A stretch of 64,000 nucleotides of DNA from Nitrosopumilus sp. (GCA_965204345.1 OZ241981.1:480001-544000), one strand, 5' to 3'. Counted from the first letter of the stretch, positions 20,613-30,120 are shown. Notes: generated from the sequence alone by a model not told the origin. Numbers and translations: made by a program.

Positions 20613-20648
20613 GCTGCACTATTGGCAGTTTTTAGGATGAGTTGTCAG

Positions 20649-20897
20649 TCATTTCATGTTTGCTATGTAGGCTTGTATGTCATCCCAACCACTTGAGCAT
20701 ACCTCAGTAGGATTTCTTTTCTGCACACATATTGCTTGCTCCAGAGTGTAAATTAGATCCAGACCCGAATCTTCTCCGCACAACAGTGTACCCGGATCAT
20801 AATGAGTATAACATGTAGGTATCAAAAGTATGCCAACTATTGTAAAGATTATGACTGTAATGCCAAATAAAAGAAGATGAGATGGGATCTTGATCAT
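20649..20897 (-). CDS. Small membrane-anchored Cys-containing protein
   Basis: N-terminal TM helix and four Cys. Confidence 0.55.
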   Translation of the reverse strand: MIKIPSHLLLFGITVIIFTIVGILLIPTCYTHYDPGTLLCGEDSGLDLIYTLEQAICVQKRNPTEVCSSGWDDIQAYIANMK

Positions 20898-20921
20898 CGG
20901 AGACTCAGAAGACTTGGGGCA

Positions 20922-21028
20922 TGATAAAGTTTGATGAATTGATCACCGGAGTTTAACAAAGAGAAGGCATCGGTCTTATTTCAGACAACGGTGATAAAGT
21001 TTGATGAATTGATCACCGGAGTTTAACA
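20922..21028. repeat. 37-bp perfect direct repeat around a 33-bp insert (period 70); duplicates a MITE end
   Basis: tgataaagtttgatgaattgatcaccggagtttaaca at 20922-20958 and 20992-21028. Confidence 0.95.
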
Positions 21029-21152
21029 GTAAATTGCAAGAGAGTGTTTTCTTAAAAAAAAATTACCCCGTCATCAAAGAATCCCAAAGTAAGTGCAATT
21101 AAGAGACTGCTAAATTTATGATTAATAGCATAGGACACCGAAATTTGTCAAA
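20992..21152. mobile_element. MITE-like element, about 160 bp
   Basis: Both ends align with the reverse complement of 22065-22212; right end gcataggacaccgaaatttgtcaaa. Confidence 0.65.
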
Positions 21153-21210
21153 CCTCCTGACATACAGGAATTGAATTATTACAGTAACGATGAACTATTC
21201 GTAGATATTA

Positions 21211-21405
21211 TTAATTATAATTTCCAAGTGTTCCTTGTCCTATATAACACACATCAATTAAAGGTGCTCGACATACACCATCTTCTTCATCAATAAAACA
21301 TTCAATACATCCAAATTCATCTACGGGAAGATCTGTTGTAGTAATAGGTATGAATATTGTGATAACAAATACTACTATGCCAATCAGTATAGCTATTTTC
21401 TTCAA
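21211..21405 (-). CDS. Small secreted Cys-containing protein
   Basis: MKK plus hydrophobic signal, four Cys. Confidence 0.5.
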   Translation of the reverse strand: MKKIAILIGIVVFVITIFIPITTTDLPVDEFGCIECFIDEEDGVCRAPLIDVCYIGQGTLGNYN

Positions 21406-21430
21406 TAAGAAAAAAAGAGAAAAGTAATAT

Positions 21431-22064
21431 TTATTGGATTCCTAGCTCTGAAACTACGTTTTCCCAAGGACTAAATACTTTGAATAGAGCGTCTTTATTG
21501 TTAGCATCACAACCCGGAATAGTAAATGGATTATCATTTATCTCAGTGATGAAGCAGCCTTTACCCACATGTATACCAAGTAATCTTACATCTGTTCCAT
21601 CTACATCACTGTAAGTTGGTGAACCCGAATCACCTTTTGTACTTGGATAATTAGCTATTGCTTGATTTAGTAATGTATAGCCATCCATGGTACAGTTGCA
21701 TTTTGGTACTGTAATCCACCATAACCATCATTTTTTATTTCTGCAATTTTCACAACATTACCAGCTATCATGCCAGATAGTCCACCTTTTTCTACAACAT
21801 TTAGAGTTATATCTGCTAGTCCATTATGTGTAAGGATTTCATCTGCTCTAAATATTATTGATGGATTAGTTACTTTTACTAATGCAGCATCTGCAATTGG
21901 ATTTATTGAACCATATACATTTGAGTCTCTAACTACATTATCAATTTCTGTTCTAGGTGAAATGAGAGGTAGCTGTTTAACAAATATTTCTCTATTTTGT
22001 ACTATATCTGAAGTAGCATGAGATGAAATAACAATGCAGTTGTTATTGTTTTGTTGTACTTGGC
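21431..22064 (-). pseudogene. Trypsin-like (S1) serine protease fragment
   Basis: Triad motifs VISSHA, ADAALV and GDSGSP; frameshift near 21690; N-terminus missing at the MITE edge. Confidence 0.75.
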
Positions 22065-22212
22065 TTTGGTAAATTTTGGTGTTTTATGCCACAAATCACA
22101 AATATAAGTCTGAACTGCACCTTGAGATTTTTTCCTGACTGGATATCTAAGAAAATTATCTCTTGCAATTTACCGTTAAATTCCAGTAATCAGATCATCA
22201 AAATTTACCAAA
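22065..22212. mobile_element. MITE-like element, 148 bp, perfect 14-bp terminal inverted repeats
   Basis: tttggtaaattttg (22065-22078) / caaaatttaccaaa (22199-22212); no ORF. Confidence 0.75.
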
Positions 22213-22589
22213 TCTAAATTGAACAGTCCTATAAAATGTCCCGAATTTTGAAGTGTATCAAATTTATCTCTCGTGCCTATTCCTCATGAACGCAACAGAA
22301 CCGGTAAAACAACAACAATAATAATAATCACCACGTCAGTATTTTATTGGCTCCAGTCTCAGCATCAGGAGCTGGAGAATGTTTTACGATGCATGTTTGG
22401 GCATATTTTGGTGCAATTAGAGAAGATAGTATGGATTCAAAGAGGGGTTATTCTCAAAATTGATCAAAAACGCAGGATTTTGGACTAAGAGTATTTATGA
22501 AAGCATGTAGATGAATCAGCCTAGGATACAATCAGATTAGAGGGAGATAAAATGAGACAGAATTACAAAACAGAAAGGAATGAAATAAT

Positions 22590-23630
22590 TTGAGAATAAT
22601 ACTGTGCGGTTTTGGACTAGTGGGCCAAAGCTTGGTAAAATTATTTGAATCCAGGACAGATGACCTTTATGCAAAATATGGGTTAAAACCACGTGTTGTA
22701 GGAGTGGCAGACAGCAAGGGCAGTGCAGTTGATCAGTCAGGACTAGACTTTAACAGACTGGTAGAAACAAAGAAGAAATTTGGCACTGTAAAGAACTATT
22801 CAGACAAGCAAAACACAATGTCAGGCATAGAGATGCTCAAAAACATCCAGGCAGACGTTCTCATAGAGACTACGGCAAGCAACTACAGGGATGCAGAGCC
22901 GGGAATGACCCACATAACCACGGCTATGAGAAAGGGAATGCATGTTATTTCAGTAAATAAGGGCCCATTGGCGCTGGCATTTCCATCGCTGCTGGAACTG
23001 GCAATATACAATCAAGTCATATTAAAATTCAGTGGGACCGTAGGAGGGGGAACCCCAATTTTAGACTATGCCAAAAACAGTCTCAGCGGAGAGAAAATAA
23101 CATCATTTGCAGGAATTCTCAACGGGACTACAAACTACATTTTGACAAACATGGGAACAGGCATATCATATAGTGATGCATTAAGGGATGCCCAAGATAG
23201 GGGATACGTCGAGGCAGACGAGTCTTTGGATTTGGACGGACTGGATGCGGCAGCAAAATTGGTTATTCTTGCAAATTGGATAATGGGAATGAAGGTCACA
23301 CTGCCTGATATTGATTGTACGGGTATTAGAAAAGTCACACTAGATGACATTAAAAAAGCTGAAAAAAATAATTCCTCAGTAAAGCTAATTGCATCATGTG
23401 ATAAGAAATTGATAGTAGCGCCAAAAGAGATACCAAACGAGGATCCGCTGTGCGTGAATGGAACGCTAAATGCGATTTCGTTTACCTCAGAGCACTCAGG
23501 AACTCAGACAATTATCGGCAAGGGCGCGGGAGGTACAGAGACTGCCAGCTCAATTTTAAGGGATTTGTTGGAGATTAGGCAAGAGATAAGCAACAATTCA
23601 TTTCATTATTACTATGACACAAAAAAATAA
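22590..23630 (+). CDS. hom: Homoserine dehydrogenase
   Basis: GFGLVG, VNKGP, TVGGGTP, GILNGTTNYIL and GKGAGG motifs. Confidence 0.96.
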   Translation: MRIILCGFGLVGQSLVKLFESRTDDLYAKYGLKPRVVGVADSKGSAVDQSGLDFNRLVETKKKFGTVKNYSDKQNTMSGIEMLKNIQADVLIETTASNYRDAEPGMTHITTAMRKGMHVISVNKGPLALAFPSLLELAIYNQVILKFSGTVGGGTPILDYAKNSLSGEKITSFAGILNGTTNYILTNMGTGISYSDALRDAQDRGYVEADESLDLDGLDAAAKLVILANWIMGMKVTLPDIDCTGIRKVTLDDIKKAEKNNSSVKLIASCDKKLIVAPKEIPNEDPLCVNGTLNAISFTSEHSGTQTIIGKGAGGTETASSILRDLLEIRQEISNNSFHYYYDTKK

Positions 23631-23651
23631 GAAACACATGCTTGGGATAGT

Positions 23652-24134
23652 GTGAGATTGAAGTCAAATCTAATTTCAAAGAGCGAGACAAGCGCGCTGC
23701 TCAAAACAGTGTCAGAGAGGTGGGGAATAAAATTGCCAAAAATGAAAAACCTCAAAGTTCATCAGATTCTAGATGATGCGCAGATAATTACAGGTGATGG
23801 AATCAAAATACTAAAAGTTGACGGTGATTATTTGCCATTTTTGTCAGAAACAAAGACACTGGAGAGGTTTCCAGCAGTCACAGTGGACATGGGGGCAGTC
23901 AAGTTCATGTGCAAGGGCGCAAATTTGATGAGGCCGGGAATCAAGGAATTTACAGAATTTCAAAAAGACAAGCTAGTGTGCATAGTAGAGGAATCCCAGC
24001 ACAAGTTTTTAGCAGTTGGAAAATCCATGGTTTCAAGCTTGGAATTGGGGAATATGGAAAAGGGGGAGGTCATTAAGAATATTCACTACATCTCAGACAA
24101 ATTCTGGGAGACAGGTAAAACAATTTACGACTAG
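23652..24134 (+). CDS. PUA-domain RNA-binding protein (MCT-1/Tma20-like)
   Basis: VDMGAVKF..KGANLMRPGI and HYISD..W motifs. Confidence 0.88.
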   Translation: MRLKSNLISKSETSALLKTVSERWGIKLPKMKNLKVHQILDDAQIITGDGIKILKVDGDYLPFLSETKTLERFPAVTVDMGAVKFMCKGANLMRPGIKEFTEFQKDKLVCIVEESQHKFLAVGKSMVSSLELGNMEKGEVIKNIHYISDKFWETGKTIYD

Positions 24135-24162
24135 GATGCAATCCTGAAGATTTGAAATCCAG

Positions 24163-24759
24163 TTACTTTATCTCTTCGGTAAATTCTTCGGTACCGTCAT
24201 TTGTAATGACAAGCACGTCCAAGCCATCGCCACTTGCAGAATCCCTCAAGGCAGCAGAACGAACCGCACGTTTTGCCAGATCAACTGCCTCATCCTTGCT
24301 CATGTTTGGCTTGAATTGAGGATCCAAAACGCCCAAAGCCATTTCAGCGCCGGTTCCAACTGCAGCATAATCATCAGGAAGTACCGAACCTAACGGATCC
24401 AAGGTATACATGATTGGTTTATCAACGACGCCACCAACAATTACCTGAGTCAGTAACGGAAAGTATCTTCTCTCATACATCATATTTGACATCATTTTGG
24501 CAACAGTATTTGGAGGAACGTCTCTTTTGAGTTCCATTTTTCTAATTTTGGCAAGAGCGGAAATTTGTAAAGACAGGATTTGCATATCAGCCACAAGGCC
24601 AGCACAGGTTGCACCAACTTTGGGAGTAATTGGGAATGTTTTCTTTGTAGACTTGCTTACAAGAAAGTTTCCAAAGGCGATCCGTTTCTCACTGGCAAAA
24701 GCTACGCCGCCATCAAAAGTAATCCCAACAGCAGTTGCTCCTGGCATATACATTGACAT
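24163..24759 (-). CDS. psmB: Proteasome subunit beta
   Basis: GATAVGI, AGLVADMQ, AVGTG and RDSASGDG motifs; likely start MSMYMPG. Confidence 0.93.
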   Translation of the reverse strand: MSMYMPGATAVGITFDGGVAFASEKRIAFGNFLVSKSTKKTFPITPKVGATCAGLVADMQILSLQISALAKIRKMELKRDVPPNTVAKMMSNMMYERRYFPLLTQVIVGGVVDKPIMYTLDPLGSVLPDDYAAVGTGAEMALGVLDPQFKPNMSKDEAVDLAKRAVRSAALRDSASGDGLDVLVITNDGTEEFTEEIK

Positions 24760-24854
24760 ATTTGAAATAATTTTACCGCATAATAAAGGGCTTTCTACAT
24801 TTAAGGTGTAATTTATCAGCAAAATAATTATACTCAAAATTAGAGACAAACGTA

Positions 24855-25271
24855 TTGACAGCAGCTGAGATTAGAGAGAAATTTCTAAATGATATTGTCT
24901 TTATGGGTTTAAGGGCAACTGTAGGGGTCATCTTTATTCTCCATGGAATCCCAAAATTCGGTCCGGGATTTGCAGAAAACTTACCAAACATGGGATTACC
25001 AGCCGAGATGGCAATACCAATTGCACTGGCTGAGCTGGTTCCGGGAATATTACTACTGATAGGGGTTCTCAGTAGGCTATCAGCATCGTTGATTTCAATA
25101 ATCATGCTAGGTGCAATCTTTATGGTAAAGGGAGCCTCAAGCATTACAGGCAAGGGAGGAGTAGAGTTTGATTTGATTTTGCTTGCATCTGCACTAGTAA
25201 TCATGATAGCAGGTCCAGGAAGAATATCACTTGCTCAAGTCATCAAAAAAATACCCAGATGTCTTCACTAG
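24855..25271 (+). CDS. DoxX family membrane protein
   Basis: LR..VGVIFILHG..KF, G.EFDL and GPGRISL motifs. Confidence 0.88.
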   Translation: MTAAEIREKFLNDIVFMGLRATVGVIFILHGIPKFGPGFAENLPNMGLPAEMAIPIALAELVPGILLLIGVLSRLSASLISIIMLGAIFMVKGASSITGKGGVEFDLILLASALVIMIAGPGRISLAQVIKKIPRCLH

Positions 25272-25427
25272 GATTGTTGCCAAAATTACCCACAATATGC
25301 ACACACATGTGTTTTGTAGTTTTTTTAACAAGCAAATCCAGCAGATCTGTTTGTAGAATAAATTCTTCAAGGCATGTACGGACATCATCAATGCCAGAAT
25401 CCGCATGTTTGGCAGGACATGTGTTAA

Positions 25428-26291
25428 TCACACAATTTTATCAAAGGGTTTCATTATTGCAGGAATTTCATCTAGTAAATCCATAGAGGTCATGTGTAAT
25501 CCCAGTCTTTTTTGTGCTGCCTTGCCGGCCAAGCCGTTGATAAAGCATGCAGCAGCGGCAGATTCCAAGGAATTTCGGTTATTTGACAGCAATCCGGCAA
25601 CCAGACCAGAGAGGACATCACCGGTACCTCCAACAGTCATAGCAGGGGTTTTTTTCTCATTAAGATACGTGGTATCCCCATTAGAAATCACATCAGTTGC
25701 ACCCTTTAGCAACACGGTAATTCCAAACTCTTTTGCTTTTTTCTCGACAAGTCTAATGCGCTCAATTTTAGAACTTGAAGGAACAGCCCCAAACAGTCTC
25801 TTAAACTCCCCAGCATGAGGGGTGACTATAACATTCTTGTTGGCAAGCACAGGCAAGACCTCAGGAACCAATGCACTAGCATCAAGGGACAGCCTGACGT
25901 CTCTATCAAGCAGTGACCTTACAAAATGCAGCAACGAGTTCCTATCAGATATTGCAAGTCCCATGCCAATGGTAGCAGAATGCAAATTGCGAGGCAGTGC
26001 GCCAATTAGTTTTTTCACGGCACCCAAAGTGAGTTTTTGGTCAACTAGAGGAATCACGATTAAGTTTGGAGAGACAGAGCGGGTTGGAGCCACATTAATT
26101 TTTGGAACAGAGGTGTAAACAAGATCTGTGCCACACTTCAATGCGGCCAATGATGAGAGTATTGGAGCACCGTGGTAAATGTAGCTTCCACCAACAACTA
26201 AAACAATACCGTTATCACCTTTTCGTGATTTTGATTTTCGAGACGGAATGAATTTTCTGACAGCAGATGCGGTCAAGTTTTTTCCCACCAT
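25428..26291 (-). CDS. nnrD: ADP-dependent NAD(P)H-hydrate dehydratase
   Basis: KGDNG, GGS..YHGAP, TPHAGEF and GGTGDVLSG motifs. Confidence 0.93.
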   Translation of the reverse strand: MVGKNLTASAVRKFIPSRKSKSRKGDNGIVLVVGGSYIYHGAPILSSLAALKCGTDLVYTSVPKINVAPTRSVSPNLIVIPLVDQKLTLGAVKKLIGALPRNLHSATIGMGLAISDRNSLLHFVRSLLDRDVRLSLDASALVPEVLPVLANKNVIVTPHAGEFKRLFGAVPSSSKIERIRLVEKKAKEFGITVLLKGATDVISNGDTTYLNEKKTPAMTVGGTGDVLSGLVAGLLSNNRNSLESAAAACFINGLAGKAAQKRLGLHMTSMDLLDEIPAIMKPFDKIV

Positions 26292-26341
26292 GTACAGTAT
26301 AATAAAAAATGCATGAATAAATCTTGTTTTATATTTAATGA

Positions 26342-27244
26342 TTATGAGGATTTTTTGGCAGCCTTTTTTACAGTTTTTGTGCCTTTTGTAGTCTTCGAAG
26401 AAGTCTTTTTCGCAGATGCAGTCGTGGATTTTTTGGCAGGTGATCTTTTAGAATCCCCCTCATCTCTGCCAAAGAATGCCTTTCGTGCAAAACAAAGATA
26501 CGCAGTATGGCCAATTCCTTGAAACGAATGCCTGGTTTTTCCTTCCCTAGCTTCAATGTTTCGTATAATGTGCTCTGTTGACTCTATATCGGTAAACTCG
26601 TTTTCAACTAGGGCCATCGTCAGTTTTTCTAACTGGTTCATCGTGGGGCAAATCGCAAATAGGCATCCACTGCCCTTTAGCATTTGGCGTACCTGAGGAA
26701 CTACGACCCAGGGATCTCCCAGATCAACAAATGCCACGTCCATGTCTTCCAAAGGCATCTTTTTTGCAGTCTTTAGATCCAAATTGTGCTGTGTGACATA
26801 TTTTGAAACGCCGGCTTTTTTGATATTTTTTTCTGCAATCTTTATAAATTTCTCATCAACATCAAAAGTGTAAACGTGGCCTCTGGGGCGCACAATGTTG
26901 GCAACAAAGGATGTAAGAGAGCCGCTGCCTGTACCAATCTCCAGGATTTTTTGGCCGCTGCCAATACCGGACCGTGCAATGATGTAGCCAATATCCTTAG
27001 GATAAACAATCTGCGTGCCGTGCTGAATTTTCATGACATAGTCGTACATTGTCGGCTCTAAAAGATAGACATACTTGTCTTTGTTTGTGATTAATCTAGA
27101 GCCATACTCTGCACCAATGGCATCAGAATGTCTGATAACCCCAATGTGGGTATGAAATGACTCGTTTTTGGATATTTTTGCAAGCCATTTTTTGGAGTTA
27201 TTATAAAAGAACAAAACAGGAGAGTTTTGTTTTATTTTTCCCAT
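26342..27244 (-). CDS. trmI: tRNA (adenine-N1)-methyltransferase with a Lys-rich tail
   Basis: TQIVYPKD, LEIGTGSGSL, DLGDPW and GHTAYL motifs. Confidence 0.93.
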   Translation of the reverse strand: MGKIKQNSPVLFFYNNSKKWLAKISKNESFHTHIGVIRHSDAIGAEYGSRLITNKDKYVYLLEPTMYDYVMKIQHGTQIVYPKDIGYIIARSGIGSGQKILEIGTGSGSLTSFVANIVRPRGHVYTFDVDEKFIKIAEKNIKKAGVSKYVTQHNLDLKTAKKMPLEDMDVAFVDLGDPWVVVPQVRQMLKGSGCLFAICPTMNQLEKLTMALVENEFTDIESTEHIIRNIEAREGKTRHSFQGIGHTAYLCFARKAFFGRDEGDSKRSPAKKSTTASAKKTSSKTTKGTKTVKKAAKKSS

Positions 27245-27307
27245 GTAATTTTCTTAGAAATTTTAGATAAGAATCTACTGGTTTACAGAATTGCCAAATT
27301 TGCAAAC

Positions 27308-27332
27308 TCAATAGGCTTAAGTTCAGAGTCAA
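27308..27332 (+). promoter_or_regulatory. Conserved promoter motif, copy 1
   Basis: tcaataggcttaagttcagagtcaa, just before the ATG at 27346; matches 27866-27890 at 22/25. Confidence 0.55.
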
Positions 27333-27345
27333 CATAAAAAAAAGC

Positions 27346-27471
27346 ATGAAGGAAAAAAGGTTTCACACATGCAAGAACTGCGGCACGGAATTTCCGTCAG
27401 CTGAGATTAGGCTTTATTGTAAAGTGTGCAAATCAAACCTGGATAAAGCAGGGAACTTGCCCAAAATTTAA
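27346..27471 (+). CDS. 41-aa zinc-ribbon protein
   Basis: Read by eye: MKEKRFHTCKNCGTEFPSAEIRLYCKVCKSNLDKAGNLPKI*. Confidence 0.65.
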   Translation: MKEKRFHTCKNCGTEFPSAEIRLYCKVCKSNLDKAGNLPKI

Positions 27472-27593
27472 CCCTTGTAAAACGAATATAACATTGAATT
27501 TTTTTTAAAAAAAAATAAGGCATGTCATCGTTTATGAAAATATCAGTTGCCATTGCATTTATCATAGTTTTTGTGACAATTTAGTTTAGAAAG

Positions 27594-27797
27594 TCAGTTA
27601 CCGTTGTTGCTTTTTTCTTTGAAACTGTTGTCCTTTTCATTAAAGACAAGATCAGAATCGCCCTCTTTCTTTTTGAACTCGTCATAATCCTTTTTTTGCT
27701 TGAGCATTTGTGAGCGATATTCATCATGATGCTGTTTTGGAGAGTTGTTTTGAGACTGCCTGGTTTTTTTCAACATCTCAAATATTGCCCGTATCAT
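27594..27797 (-). CDS. Hypothetical protein
   Basis: 67-aa hydrophilic ORF. Confidence 0.45.
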   Translation of the reverse strand: MIRAIFEMLKKTRQSQNNSPKQHHDEYRSQMLKQKKDYDEFKKKEGDSDLVFNEKDNSFKEKSNNGN

Positions 27798-27865
27798 AAT
27801 TTTTTCAACACCACATCAATAATTAATCCTCCGAATCGCACACGGCACAAAAGCCCAAGAAACAG

Positions 27866-27890
27866 TCAATAGCCTTAAGTTTAGAATCAA
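27866..27890 (+). promoter_or_regulatory. Conserved promoter motif, copy 2
   Basis: tcaatagccttaagtttagaatcaa, just before the ATG at 27903. Confidence 0.55.
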
Positions 27891-27902
27891 AGTCTAAAAC
27901 AT

Positions 27903-28214
27903 ATGAAAAAATCGCTGGGAAGTTTTAGGATTGAAAAGTCATCTTCGGCTAACCCAGGCAACATCAAATGGACACAAAAAGTGACAAATGATTCAAAAAA
28001 GCCAAGGAAAAAACCTGTTAAAAAAGATCAAAAGTCATCTTCAACCAATATTGTATACACAGACAAAGTAGCAGAAAAAAAGGCAGGAAAAAACTTTAAG
28101 ATTGAAGATAACACTCAAAAAGTATCAAAGGGAGAGAGCGTTGGCAAGAAATTTCAAAAATCTTCTGCATCCAATTGTAAGATCAAACAAGGGTTTAGAA
28201 GGCCGGGAAGATAA
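27903..28214 (+). CDS. Lys-rich hypothetical protein
   Basis: 103-aa basic ORF with recurring KSS motifs and the shared promoter. Confidence 0.5.
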   Translation: MKKSLGSFRIEKSSSANPGNIKWTQKVTNDSKKPRKKPVKKDQKSSSTNIVYTDKVAEKKAGKNFKIEDNTQKVSKGESVGKKFQKSSASNCKIKQGFRRPGR

Positions 28215-28542
28215 TAAGACAGGAAAGAAATCAGCGTTAATTACATCCTTAGAAACTAGGAGCTTTGCCGGTGATTATTTTGGCGGGTTTGGATTTTCTC
28301 AGGTTGGCAAATATTGCCAAATTATAAAGGATGTTTTATGCTTGGAAAAAAATAGCCATGCAAAAAACGGGCATCAAAAACAAGCAAAGCAATCCAGTGT
28401 TTAGAAATTTAACCCAAATGTAATAATTTTTGGTTCTGGTTTTTTAACATATACTGGGTCTTAGCAGACACATAGAGTCAGAGACATCTTGCGGTGTTAG
28501 CTGGAAGGGCCCGTTGCTCACATAAACTAGTTAATACATCAG

Positions 28543-28576
28543 AGTCTCCACGTATGGAGACTGGCTTTTTTTTTTC
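28543..28576 (+). terminator. Hairpin followed by a T-tract
   Basis: agtctcca-cgta-tggagact, then ggc and a long T run. Confidence 0.55.
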
Positions 28577-28650
28577 GCAATGGAATTAAACCCAAAAATT
28601 TAGGACGTTCTTGCTTCAAACAGTATTTAATACCAAGAAAAGGAAATGAG

Positions 28651-28974
28651 ATGTTGGCAGAAATTCAGCTAGAAGGATCCGGAGGATGGATAAAGGCAGA
28701 CCTTACAGATGAGCAAGCAACTAAATCAAAGCTTGTTCCAAATATAGAAAAGCACTTTTTGGCATCACTTGAAAAACTAGACACTGCAAAAATGAACAGG
28801 CATTTTTGCAAGCAATGCAACTCTGAATTTGACGGTGCAACACAAATCCGGATTGAAGAGCAGCCAAATGAGGCAGTTGCAGACGGATTAACCCTGATAG
28901 AGAGAGGACAGTATACCTGTCACAAATGTAATTCCATCATAGGCGAATACAGGGTATTTCAGAAATCAGAGTGA
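28651..28974 (+). CDS. Zn-finger hypothetical protein
   Basis: CKQC...CHKC. Confidence 0.75.
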   Translation: MLAEIQLEGSGGWIKADLTDEQATKSKLVPNIEKHFLASLEKLDTAKMNRHFCKQCNSEFDGATQIRIEEQPNEAVADGLTLIERGQYTCHKCNSIIGEYRVFQKSE

Positions 28975-29053
28975 TATCCAAGGTAGTTTTTAGTTATTTT
29001 TAGCACGCTGGAAAATACGTATTCATTAAATATCGCAATTTTTTAGATGTAGC

Positions 29054-29191
29054 ATGGCAAATATGAAATGCGTATCATGTGGAATCAGCTTCTTTTCCCC
29101 AATGGGATCAGAGAAGTGTTCCAGATGTGCCGGAAAAGAATCTCAAGGACATGAGGGTCATGATTCCTGCGGTTGTGGACACAGCCATTAA
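29054..29191 (+). CDS. 45-aa Cys/His-rich metal-binding peptide
   Basis: Read by eye: MANMKCVSCGISFFSPMGSEKCSRCAGKESQGHEGHDSCGCGHSH*. Confidence 0.7.
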   Translation: MANMKCVSCGISFFSPMGSEKCSRCAGKESQGHEGHDSCGCGHSH

Positions 29192-29240
29192 TTCCTTTTT
29201 TCCATAGCAAGAATATATTGAACAGTTAACACTCAAGTGT

Positions 29241-29753
29241 ATGTCAAAAACATCACAGGAGATAAAGTCAATAGTCGAGGATTTTATCAGGGTTACCAAT
29301 ATCAAGTATGAGGATCAGACAGAAAAGGTAAGAGAGAAAAGCAAGGTTATTGATTGGCAGTTTCATGTAGGAACAAATGTGATAGTTAGCAAAAATGCAA
29401 ACAGAAAGGACAGAATTCATGTCAATGTCAACATGAGGTTTCCCCCAGAGGATGCAAAACTGCTGGTGATAAAAAACCCGTCATTTTCAAAAGCAGTTAT
29501 GGAAATAAGTGAAATTTGCACAATATGCGGCATAGGTCATCAGTGGATTAAGAGTAATGAAGACATTGCAGGTTTGGCAATATTCTCACATGTTGATGAG
29601 CAAGGCTTGGATAGAATAACATTTCACAATACATGGGATAATGTGGCACGAGTATCAGGACATGTTCAGAAGATACTTCGTTCAAACTTTAGCGGTTTTT
29701 CAGCACAAAGTAACACCACAGATGCAACAATGGACAAATCAATGTATGGCTAG
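29241..29753 (+). CDS. Hypothetical protein
   Basis: 170-aa ORF ending ..SMYG. Confidence 0.7.
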   Translation: MSKTSQEIKSIVEDFIRVTNIKYEDQTEKVREKSKVIDWQFHVGTNVIVSKNANRKDRIHVNVNMRFPPEDAKLLVIKNPSFSKAVMEISEICTICGIGHQWIKSNEDIAGLAIFSHVDEQGLDRITFHNTWDNVARVSGHVQKILRSNFSGFSAQSNTTDATMDKSMYG

Positions 29754-29949
29754 TCATTTAATTAATTGTTCATATTCCTATATTTTGTTTATTACAATCA
29801 GCAATTTTACGCCTAAATTCCGTCGTCACTTCAATTCCTTCCTAGTTTAGTATTTTCAATATTCAGAGTGGAATCAGTTGATTCAGATATAATATTTTGC
29901 AAATTTAGCTAAATGGTATAATATTGTCTTTTTGTTTGTGGACTTTGGA

Positions 29950-30120
29950 TTTGGTAAATTTTGATGAACTGATCACCGAGATTTAACAGTAGTATTCGTG
30001 ACGCTAATTTTTGGCCGCATCACACAACAAAATAGACTCAAAGGCATAAAAAAAAAGTGCAGGCCAGGGAAGATTCTGTATTTCGTGTTTTATGATGTCA
30101 AATCATCAAAATATGACAGA
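29950..30120. mobile_element. Diverged MITE-like copy at an island edge
   Basis: Left end tttggtaaattttgatgaactgatcaccgagatttaacagt; imperfect inverted right end tcatcaaaatatgacaga. Confidence 0.6.
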
